A stretch of 64,000 nt of DNA. It comes from Verrucomicrobiota bacterium (lineage in GTDB: Bacteria; Verrucomicrobiota; Verrucomicrobiia; Limisphaerales; MWDV01). The notes under the pieces are model-generated. The model searched no databases, was not told where the DNA came from, and saw nothing but the letters and a program-made list of their open reading frames with translations. A program made the position numbers and the translations under genes. Below, piece by piece: positions 15,886-23,638 of the stretch. Each line of letters starts with the position of its first letter. The stretch's first letter is position 1. Where the stretch lies: NCBI GenBank assembly GCA_035411585.1, contig DAONTI010000005.1, positions 20,976 to 84,975 of the forward strand, in the 5' to 3' direction.

Positions 15886-16794
15886 TTACGGCGTTGTCGC
15901 AGGAGCGCGGAGGGCTTCGATCTGTTTTTCAATCGCGTCTGGCTTGGGCGAAATGCCGCGTAACCGTTGCAGATAAAAGATGGCCTTCTCCCGATTGCCC
16001 GCGGCTTCTTCCGCGCGCGCCAGGTGAATCAAGATCGGCCGCAAGGTGGCGAGATTGGGCGTCGGCTGGCCGCCTTCGTTTTGATCCCAGAGTTGCAACG
16101 CGCGTTCCCAGAGATGACGCGCGCGGTCGGTATCATGACGGTAATCCGAATACACGCAGCCCAGTTCAAAGAGAATCTCGTGGCTGTTCGGATTGGCGCG
16201 CAATCCCTCGCGCAGGAACGCCTCGGCTTCCGCCGCCTTGCCCAGGCGGTTGCGCAACCAGTAGGCGGCCACGGTGTACGTGTCCACCTGTTGCGGGTCG
16301 AGTTCCGTGGCCAGCTTCAACCAAGGCAATACCTCGCGCTCGTTCCCCTTGTCCAAGTGGGTGTGTTCCGTGATGCGAAAGCGCCACCGGAACCGCTCCA
16401 GCCAATCCCGGGGTTTGCTGAACAGTTCATCCCCATGCTCATGCTCATGCTCGTGCGCGTGCTCCGCGTCATGATCCTCGTCTGGGGACTCAGGATCGTG
16501 GCCGCAATGTTCGTCGTGTTCGTGGTGCTCGTGCCTGGCGTGCGGGCTTTCGCATTGCAGCTGAGCCTGGTCAAAGAGGGAGGGATAATAGCCGCTGTGC
16601 AGATAGACATCGGCTTTGGTGAAGAAATGATTGGCAAACATACGCCGGCCATCCCCCAGCAGCACCTTGAGCAGGGTATCCGCTTGGGCGCGTGGACCGC
16701 GCCAGGCCTGTGCCCGCGGATGCAGCCACGCGGCCAGACTGAAGCTCGCGCTCAAACATAAGGCCAGCAATAACAAGGGGGTGCGGGGCGTCAT
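15886..16794 (-). CDS. secreted TPR protein with a His/Asp/Glu-rich tract
   Basis: Signal peptide MTPRTPLLLLALCLSASFSLAAW. Residues 82-123 contain 13 His and 17 Asp/Glu (my count). C-terminal TPR repeats. The ATG at 16794 overlaps the permease stop (ATGA); the track ORF up to 17154 is a shadow extension. Confidence 0.7.
   Translation of the reverse strand: MTPRTPLLLLALCLSASFSLAAWLHPRAQAWRGPRAQADTLLKVLLGDGRRMFANHFFTKADVYLHSGYYPSLFDQAQLQCESPHARHEHHEHDEHCGHDPESPDEDHDAEHAHEHEHEHGDELFSKPRDWLERFRWRFRITEHTHLDKGNEREVLPWLKLATELDPQQVDTYTVAAYWLRNRLGKAAEAEAFLREGLRANPNSHEILFELGCVYSDYRHDTDRARHLWERALQLWDQNEGGQPTPNLATLRPILIHLARAEEAAGNREKAIFYLQRLRGISPKPDAIEKQIEALRAPATTP
16434..16463. repeat. hexanucleotide repeat (CATGCT)x3 followed by two degenerate units
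   Basis: CATGCTCATGCTCATGCTCGTGCGCGTGCT encodes AHEHEHEH on the minus strand, inside the His-rich tract. Confidence 0.85.
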
Positions 16795-17570
16795 GCGGAC
16801 AAAGGTTTGCGGCGGAAGACCAGCCAGGCGGCCAGGAGAAAGAACCCCGTATAGACCGCGGCATACAGGGAGGCGCCCAGACAATCCAGCCAGCCCAGCA
16901 ACTGCTGGTCGTGGATCACCAGGTCGCGCACGTCGAAGATTTCCAGTTGCGGAATGATGAAATACACCGCGTAAATCAGGGAGGTGAGCGGTTCGGTTTG
17001 TTGCAACGCAATGGCGTTCAGGTGGCCGCCCAACAGCAAAATCCCGGCGACGACGACGAAGCAAATGGTCGTATTCGAGGATGGCGCGGCGAAAATCAGC
17101 GAGCCCAGCAGCGCCAGCGCGATGACGATGGCCAGCATCATCCATTGCAACCACAGGGCCTGAAGATTACCGCCCAGGGGCCAGTGGCCCTCCCGCGAAC
17201 ACGTCACCACGGTGAAGAAAGCGTAGAAGATGAGCAACGCCAAGCCGCAGGCAAACCAGCAGCCCAGGAACTTGCCGAGGATGACCTGTCCGCGCGTGAC
17301 CGGTTTGGCCAGCAACGGAAAGATCGTGCGGCTCTCACGTTCCGCGGGAATCTGCCGCGCCGTGGTGACGATGGCGATGACCAGCATGGAAATCCAGATT
17401 AGCAGCAGGCAGATCTCCTTCAAATACCGCACAATTTTGTCATCGTTGAAAAAATTGACGGACGCCAGCAGCAGCGTGATCACCGCGGTCAGCACGAACA
17501 ACACATAAAAATCCTTGCGCCGATACAGTTCCTTGAGGACGACGCCGGCCAAAGCAAGCGGAGTTTTCAT
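16791..17570 (-). CDS. ABC-2 type transporter permease
   Basis: Six predicted TM segments, MKTPLALAGVVLKELYRRKDFYVLF.. The start is ATGA-coupled to the ATPase stop at 17567..17570. Confidence 0.8.
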   Translation of the reverse strand: MKTPLALAGVVLKELYRRKDFYVLFVLTAVITLLLASVNFFNDDKIVRYLKEICLLLIWISMLVIAIVTTARQIPAERESRTIFPLLAKPVTRGQVILGKFLGCWFACGLALLIFYAFFTVVTCSREGHWPLGGNLQALWLQWMMLAIVIALALLGSLIFAAPSSNTTICFVVVAGILLLGGHLNAIALQQTEPLTSLIYAVYFIIPQLEIFDVRDLVIHDQQLLGWLDCLGASLYAAVYTGFFLLAAWLVFRRKPLSA

Positions 17571-18319
17571 GACAACGAAGACGGTTGATAGCCGATGATG
17601 CGGAGAAAAATCTGTTCCAGATTCGCCTGGTGTTCGCGCACGAGATCGGCCACCCGGCCTTCCACCCGCAACTCGCCCTGGCTGACGATGGCCACCCGGT
17701 CGCACACCGTTTCCACCTCGCCCAGTTCGTGCGAGGAGAAAAACACGGTTTTCCCCTCCTCTTTGAGCCGTTGAATGATCTCGCGCACCTTCATGCGCCC
17801 CAACGGATCGAGGCCGCTGGTCGGCTCGTCCAAAATCAGCAAATCCGGGTCGTTGATGAGCGCCTGCGCCAGGCCGACGCGCTGCTGCATGCCTTTGGAA
17901 TAGGTTTTGATGAGCCGTTTGCGGGCGGATTCGAGCTCCACCAGTTTCAGCAGCCGGTCAATGCGGCGTTCGGTTTCCGCTGGGGTCAGGCCGAAGATGC
18001 GCGCGTAAAATCGAAGCAACTCCTCGGCGCTCAGAAAGCGGTAGTAATAAGTCAATTCGGGCAGATACCCGATGCGTTGGCGGGCGATGGGTTCGCGCAC
18101 GTTGACGCCGAACAAATGCGCCTCGCCCCGGGTGGGGGTGACGAAGCCCAGCAACACGTTCATCGTCGTGGTTTTGCCCGCGCCGTTCGGGCCGAGGAAC
18201 CCAAACACTTCCCCCGCTTGCACGTTCAGATTGAGGCCGCGGACGGCGACCTTGGCGCCGCCGCGTTGACCGGCGCGATATTCCACCCACAGATTATCGG
18301 TCTTCAGAATCGCATCCAC
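17567..18319 (-). CDS. ABC transporter ATP-binding protein
   Basis: Walker A GPNGAGKTT, signature YSKGMQQRV, Walker B LLILDEPTSGLD. Confidence 0.9.
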   Translation of the reverse strand: MDAILKTDNLWVEYRAGQRGGAKVAVRGLNLNVQAGEVFGFLGPNGAGKTTTMNVLLGFVTPTRGEAHLFGVNVREPIARQRIGYLPELTYYYRFLSAEELLRFYARIFGLTPAETERRIDRLLKLVELESARKRLIKTYSKGMQQRVGLAQALINDPDLLILDEPTSGLDPLGRMKVREIIQRLKEEGKTVFFSSHELGEVETVCDRVAIVSQGELRVEGRVADLVREHQANLEQIFLRIIGYQPSSLS

Positions 18320-18461
18320 GGCGCGACTATAACAAAGCTCCGCCCGCGCGCCAGTCCCTCTTTGCGGGGCCGGCGCACCAAGACGGAAGCATCAAGCGGA
18401 TCGTTCAATCCCTGCTACCGTCAGTGGTGGGGAGGGAACAGGTAGCGCGGCGGATAACGAT

Positions 18462-19742
18462 TCATTCGCGGATCTGACCATTCCCAATGCCCACCCATTT
18501 ATAGCTGGTCAATTCCTCCAGGCCCATCGGCCCGCGCGCGCCGATTTTGTCGGTGCTGATACCGATTTCCGCGCCCATGCCGAATTCGCCGCCGTCCGTG
18601 AACCGCGTGCTGGCGTTCCAATACACCGTCGCGCTGTCCACACCGGCCAGAAACCGCTCCGCTGCTGCCGCGTCGGCGGTGACGATGCTGTCGGAGTGCG
18701 CCGAGCCATACTGGTTGATGTGCGTAATGGCGGCTTCCACACCGTCCACCACGCGCACGTTCAGGATGTAATCGTTGTATTCCGTAAACCAATCCGCCTC
18801 GGTCGCCCACTTGATTTCCGCCTCGGCCAGGACCGGTTTCAAGATTGCTGCCGCTTGATCGTCCATCCGCAGTTCCACGTGTTGCGCGCGCAGTTGCCGG
18901 GCAATTGGCGGCAGAAAAGCGGGCGCCAGCTGGCAGTCCACCAGCAGGGTTTCAATGGCGTTGCAGACTGCCGGGCGCTGGCATTTGGCGTTCATCACGA
19001 TGGCCGTCGCCATCTCCAAGTCCGCCTGGCCGTCCACATAGACATGGCACACGCCTTTGTAATGTTTGATGACCGGCACCTTGCTGCATTCGGCCACGGC
19101 GCGGATCAGACCCTCACCACCGCGCGGCATGCAGAGATCCACGTATTGCGTGAGCGACAGCAGGGCGGGAATGGCCTCGCGATCGGTCGTGGGCACCACT
19201 TGAATGGCGTGTTCGGGAAACGTCGGCAGCGGACCGCGGGCGGCGTCAATCATGATCCGCGCGATCAGCTGATTCGAGTTCAGCGCTTCCTTGCCGCCGC
19301 GTAAAATCGTGGCATTACCGGCCTTGAAACAAAGGCTGGCGGCGTCCGCCGTGACGTTGGGGCGCGATTCATAGATGATGACCACCACGCCGATGGGGGT
19401 GGCGATTTTGCGGAGCTGCAAGCCGTTGGGGCGCACCCGTTCATGCAGCACCCGGCCCACTGGATCGGGCAGGGCGGCGACTTCCCGCAATCCCCGGGCC
19501 ATGCCGGCGATGCGTTTGGCGTCGAGACGGAGACGGTCTTGCATGGCGGCGCTGAGGCCCAGTTGGGTGGCGACTTCCAAATCGCGCGCGTTGGCGGCCT
19601 GGAGCGCGGTCGTGTTTTGCTCCAGGGCATCGGCCATGGCCTGCAGGCAGGCGTTCTTTTCCGCCGCATGCAGTTTTGCCAGCTCCCGGGAGGCGTGCTT
19701 GGCTTGGATCGCCAGTTGCGTCATTTGCTCGGTCAACGTCAT
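18462..19742 (-). CDS. proA: glutamate-5-semialdehyde dehydrogenase (gamma-glutamyl phosphate reductase)
   Basis: 426 aa. VIYESRPNVT, catalytic-Cys region CNAIETLLV, and HINQYGSAHSDSIVT are all characteristic of ProA. Confidence 0.9.
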   Translation of the reverse strand: MTLTEQMTQLAIQAKHASRELAKLHAAEKNACLQAMADALEQNTTALQAANARDLEVATQLGLSAAMQDRLRLDAKRIAGMARGLREVAALPDPVGRVLHERVRPNGLQLRKIATPIGVVVIIYESRPNVTADAASLCFKAGNATILRGGKEALNSNQLIARIMIDAARGPLPTFPEHAIQVVPTTDREAIPALLSLTQYVDLCMPRGGEGLIRAVAECSKVPVIKHYKGVCHVYVDGQADLEMATAIVMNAKCQRPAVCNAIETLLVDCQLAPAFLPPIARQLRAQHVELRMDDQAAAILKPVLAEAEIKWATEADWFTEYNDYILNVRVVDGVEAAITHINQYGSAHSDSIVTADAAAAERFLAGVDSATVYWNASTRFTDGGEFGMGAEIGISTDKIGARGPMGLEELTSYKWVGIGNGQIRE

Positions 19743-19845
19743 GGCCCCAAGTTAAAACAAAAATGACGCCTGAAAAGCGGGAACTCACCCGTCGCCGCCG
19801 GGTCCGCCGCAAACCGCCCCAAGAAAACGCCGGTTGTCCGCGGGA

Positions 19846-20223
19846 TTAAACGTCTATGACCGGCTGGTCGTCGGGGGGTTCCGGGGGCGTTTTGGCAGGC
19901 CCGGCGGGCGGGGGGACAGATTGACCCCGCCGGCGCAACATGATCACCGTAATCACGCAACCGGTCCAGGTTGGTAAAACTTCAACACCCGGCAGCAATT
20001 CCAGAATAAACGTGGGCAACAGCAGCAGGTTAAATCCCAAAGCCCAGACCATCACCCCCATGGTGATGAGATCGAGCACTTCATCGAAAAAGGTCCAAGT
20101 CAGGGGGAAGAGCGGGATTTGCAGCGCATCCACCACCACCGCCACCACGACCGCCAGCACGATGCGCGGACGCGTCAGCGGCGGCACGGGAAAAGGGCCG
20201 TTGAGTATATCCAATAATTTCAT
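19846..20223 (-). CDS. small membrane protein with Pro-rich tail (hypothetical)
   Basis: MKLLDILNGPFPV.. has 3 hydrophobic helices and a C-terminal PPPAGPAKTPPEPPDD. No family recognised. Confidence 0.45.
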   Translation of the reverse strand: MKLLDILNGPFPVPPLTRPRIVLAVVVAVVVDALQIPLFPLTWTFFDEVLDLITMGVMVWALGFNLLLLPTFILELLPGVEVLPTWTGCVITVIMLRRRGQSVPPPAGPAKTPPEPPDDQPVIDV

Positions 20224-20581
20224 CCCGGATTCAGCGTGTTGACACGGAGATAGTCTGGCGTCAACCGGCGGCAAAGGCGACTGGGAATTTTTCAACGGAC
20301 GCCCAGCGAGGCAACATCCTGTGGAGCGCTGGGGAGGCCGCGTCCGTAAGGATCAATGCGCCGGGCTGGAAACCGTGGTCGCCGGATGAACGGCGGCGAC
20401 TTCAGGCAGAACGTCGAGCCGACCGATGGCGAAAATCACCCCGCCGGCTGCCGGGGGTTTGGGTCTTTTTGCGGACAGAGATCCCGGACATGACCGGACC
20501 GGCGTCCTGGGGTTTCAGTTGGGCCGGCGGGAGTTTTTTGCGGACGACGGGCCCGGGATTTGCCAGATTTCCCATGACTTT

Positions 20582-21232
20582 ATGCGAACACGAAATGATC
20601 TTCTGGCCGGCTTGGTTGATCCGGGCATTATCGCCGTGGTGCGGGCGCAACGGCGGGATCAGGTGCTGGGCTTGACCGAAGCACTCCTGGCCGGCGGTGT
20701 CCAGGCCATCGAAATCACCCTGACCACGCCGGACGCCTGTGCCGCCATTGCGGACATGCGCCGGCAATTTGGACGCGCGGCGATGATTGGCGCGGGTACC
20801 GTGGTGACGGCGGATCAATGCCACGCGGTCCTGGCGGCTGGTGCGGAATTTGTCGTCACGCCATTGTCGCGCCCGGATTTTGTCCCCCTGATTCACGCGG
20901 CGGACCGGGTCGGCATCATTGGGGCGTTCACGCCCTCCGAGGCGCAGACGGCGCACGAGGCGGGCGCGGATTTCATCAAACTGTTTCCGGCGGAAGTGCT
21001 CGGTCCCGCCTTCATCAAAGCCCTGCGCGCGCCGCTGCCCCAGTTGCGTTTCATCCCCACCGGCGGGGTGGCGTTGGACAATGTGGGCGTCTGGTTCGCG
21101 GCGGGTTGTCCGGCGGTGGGCGTGGGTTCCTCGTTGCTCACCCGGGAAATCTTGGCGAAAGATGACTGGCCCGCGCTGACGCGGCGGGCGGGTGAGTTTG
21201 TGGCGGCCGCCCGGGCGGCGCGGTCGGGTTGA
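20582..21232 (+). CDS. eda: KDPG / 4-hydroxy-2-oxoglutarate aldolase
   Basis: IIAVVRA..GGVQAIEITLTTP..IGAGTV..GAEFVVTP..GAFTPSEA..GADFIKLFPA is the Eda family pattern. The ATG at 20582 gives the usual ~217 aa. Confidence 0.8.
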   Translation: MRTRNDLLAGLVDPGIIAVVRAQRRDQVLGLTEALLAGGVQAIEITLTTPDACAAIADMRRQFGRAAMIGAGTVVTADQCHAVLAAGAEFVVTPLSRPDFVPLIHAADRVGIIGAFTPSEAQTAHEAGADFIKLFPAEVLGPAFIKALRAPLPQLRFIPTGGVALDNVGVWFAAGCPAVGVGSSLLTREILAKDDWPALTRRAGEFVAAARAARSG

Positions 21233-21306
21233 GGACCGGCCCGGGCAGGCTGCGAACGCCGGGATTTGCCGTTGAACTTTCCGGGAACCCGGCTACGCTG
21301 CCGGCG

Positions 21307-21930
21307 ATGCACGCAGGATCGTATCGAATTCGCCGGGCCACCATTGACGATTTGCCCCAGCTCAAGGTGTTGTGGGGGATGATGGGCTTTACGACCCCGG
21401 ACTTGGACAAGGGGCTTACGGAATTTCAAGTTGCGGAAACGGCGGCGGGCCAGCTCATCGGCGCGATTGCGCTGCAGGTGAACAACCGGCAGGGATTGAT
21501 TCATAGCGAAGCGTTCGCCGATTTCACCGTGGCTGAGACGGTGCGGCCGTTGTTGTGGGAACGATTGCAGTCGGTGGCCGGCAACTTCGGTTTGGTTCGT
21601 TTGTGGACACGCGAGGAGTCTCCCTTTTGGGGGCGCTGCGGATTTGTGCCGGCCACGGACGCCGTCCTGCCCGGGCTGCCGGAGGTGTGGCGTCCGGGGG
21701 CGGCCCGATGGTTGACGCTCGTGTTGCGGGAGGAAACCGCGGGGGCGATCTCCGTGGAACGCGAGTTCGAGTTGTTTATGGCGGCGGAACGCCAGCGCAC
21801 TCAGGCCACCCTGGGGCAAGCCCAGTTCTTAAAGACCCTCGCCACGCTCGTGGCGATAGTCTTGGGTACCATCGTGGCAGTGGCTTTGCTCTATCTCTGG
21901 ATGCGGCAGCCGCAAGGGTTGACGCCCTGA
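21307..21930 (+). CDS. GNAT-family N-acetyltransferase with C-terminal TM helix
   Basis: YRIRRATIDDLPQL..LIGAIALQ..FWGRCGF resembles the GNAT fold. The C-terminal LATLVAIVLGTIVAVALLYLW is hydrophobic. Confidence 0.55.
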   Translation: MHAGSYRIRRATIDDLPQLKVLWGMMGFTTPDLDKGLTEFQVAETAAGQLIGAIALQVNNRQGLIHSEAFADFTVAETVRPLLWERLQSVAGNFGLVRLWTREESPFWGRCGFVPATDAVLPGLPEVWRPGAARWLTLVLREETAGAISVEREFELFMAAERQRTQATLGQAQFLKTLATLVAIVLGTIVAVALLYLWMRQPQGLTP

Positions 21931-22860
21931 ATCCGGGGAGAAATCTTCCGCGTGATAGGAGCTGCGCACCATCGGTGCGCTGGCCACGTGCAGGAATCCC
22001 AGTTCCCGCGCGCGTTCGCCCAGCCAGGTAAACTGTTCCGGCGGAATGAAGGCCGCCACCGGCAAATGTTGCCGGCTGGGCCGCAAATACTGGCCCAAAG
22101 TGAGCAGATCGCACCCCACCGCCCGCAGGTCGCGCAACGCCGTGAGCACTTCCGCCTCCGTCTCGCCCAAACCGAGCATCAACCCGGACTTGGTATAGAC
22201 CCGGCCGGCGCCCATCGCTTTCGCGTTGCGCAGCACGCTGAGCGAACGGTCATAAGTCGCGCGGGAACGCACCTGCGGCGTCAGGCGGCGGACGGTTTCC
22301 AGATTATGATTGAAGATGTGCGGCCGCACCGAAATCACCCGTTCCAACGCCGCGCGGTCGTCCCGGAAATCCGGAGTCAACACCTCAATCACAACTCCCG
22401 GACTTAACCGGCGCACCGCTTCGATGGTCTGACGGAAGTGATCGGCTCCACCATCGAGGAGATCATCACGGGCCACGGCGGTGATGACGACATGCCGCAG
22501 ACGCAACCGGCGGGTGGCCTCGGCCACGCGTTGGGGTTCCTCCGGGTCGAGCGGCAGCGGTTTGGCCGTGCTGACCGCGCAGAATTTACAGGCGCGAGTG
22601 CAATGGTCGCCGCCGATCATGAACGTGGCGGTGCCCTTGCTCCAGCATTCCCATTGATTCGGGCACTTGGCGCTTTCGCACACTGTGTGCAGTTTCAACG
22701 CGCCAAGCACGGCGCGTGTCTGCCCGAACGATTCGGAGGTCGGCAAATGCCGGCGCAACCAGGCCGGCAGACGCGGGCCGGGTGTGGTCGGGGTCGTCGC
22801 CGCTTTGTCCCGCGCGGATGGGGGCGGGGCCGCTGGAGAAACGGAGGATGAGGCAGTCAT
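21829..22860 (-). CDS. lipA: lipoyl synthase
   Basis: Radical-SAM CTRACKFCAV plus the auxiliary-cluster CESAKCPNQWECW, and SSYHA near the end. There is a non-conserved ~38-aa C-terminal tail. Confidence 0.9.
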   Translation of the reverse strand: MTASSSVSPAAPPPSARDKAATTPTTPGPRLPAWLRRHLPTSESFGQTRAVLGALKLHTVCESAKCPNQWECWSKGTATFMIGGDHCTRACKFCAVSTAKPLPLDPEEPQRVAEATRRLRLRHVVITAVARDDLLDGGADHFRQTIEAVRRLSPGVVIEVLTPDFRDDRAALERVISVRPHIFNHNLETVRRLTPQVRSRATYDRSLSVLRNAKAMGAGRVYTKSGLMLGLGETEAEVLTALRDLRAVGCDLLTLGQYLRPSRQHLPVAAFIPPEQFTWLGERARELGFLHVASAPMVRSSYHAEDFSPDSGRQPLRLPHPEIEQSHCHDGTQDYRHERGEGL

Positions 22861-22866
22861 GGGACC

Positions 22867-23130
22867 TCACCGGGCCGCGGTATCCCGCGCTAACCGCTCC
22901 CAAAACACGGCCAGTTCGTCAGGGCCGAAATCTGCGAGGATTTGTCCATCCACCTCAATCACGGGCGCCAAGGTTTGGCCGGAGAGCCGTCGCATTTCGT
23001 CAAAGGCGGCCGGGTCGGCGATCACGTCCAGGGTGGTGTAGGTGATCCCCCGTGTTGCCAGCCATTCCTGGGCGCGGTGGCACCAGGAACAATACGGTTT
23101 GACGAACAATCGGATGCGCTTTGGATTCAC
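22867..23130 (-). CDS. glutaredoxin-like protein (CxxC)
   Basis: 87 aa. IRLFVKPYCSWCHRAQEWL..TLAPVIEVDGQ is the thioredoxin-fold glutaredoxin/NrdH-like pattern. Confidence 0.75.
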   Translation of the reverse strand: MNPKRIRLFVKPYCSWCHRAQEWLATRGITYTTLDVIADPAAFDEMRRLSGQTLAPVIEVDGQILADFGPDELAVFWERLARDTAAR

Positions 23131-23181
23131 GGGGGAAGTGTAGCCGAGGGATGGGCGGAGCTCAAATGGCGCGCCCGCGCC

Positions 23182-23568
23182 TCACGCCCCGCCGATTTGC
23201 GCGGCGTATTGCGCCGCCGTCAACAAAGCGTCCATTTCCGCCGGTTGGGTGGGTTTGATTTTGAAGAACCAGCCTGCGCCAAACGGTTCGCGATTAACCA
23301 GACCCGGATCATCTCCCAACGCGGAATTGACCTCGACCACTTCGCCGCTGACGGGGGCGTAGATGTCGCTGGCGGTCTTGACGGATTCCACCACCGCGCA
23401 GGCTTCACCCGCGGCGAGGGTACGCCCGACGGCGGGCAATTCCACAAACACGATGTCGGTCAACTCATGCTGGGCATGATCGGTGATGCCCACGATGGCC
23501 AGATCGCCGCTGACCTGCACCCACTCGTGGGATTTGGCGTATTTCAACTCTGCTGGAACGTTTGCCAT
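23182..23568 (-). CDS. gcvH: glycine cleavage system H protein / lipoyl carrier
   Basis: [45 protein letters not shown], with the lipoyl-lysine motif ESVK. Confidence 0.9.
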   Translation of the reverse strand: MANVPAELKYAKSHEWVQVSGDLAIVGITDHAQHELTDIVFVELPAVGRTLAAGEACAVVESVKTASDIYAPVSGEVVEVNSALGDDPGLVNREPFGAGWFFKIKPTQPAEMDALLTAAQYAAQIGGA

Positions 23569-23638
23569 GCGTTCATTCAGGCAGAGCGCGCGGCGTTGGT
23601 CAAACCGCTTTTCAACCGGTCGGACGCAACGCCATCAA

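Noticed and set aside
15886-17154. Long N-terminal extensions of track ORFs (15886..17154, 16791..17705, 49802..51028, 51100..52230, 61694..63340, 26479..27702, 41651..43111)
   Set aside because: Each extension overlaps the upstream gene and is compositionally non-coding. Internal ATGs give proper signal peptides, conserved N-termini and ATGA-type coupling.
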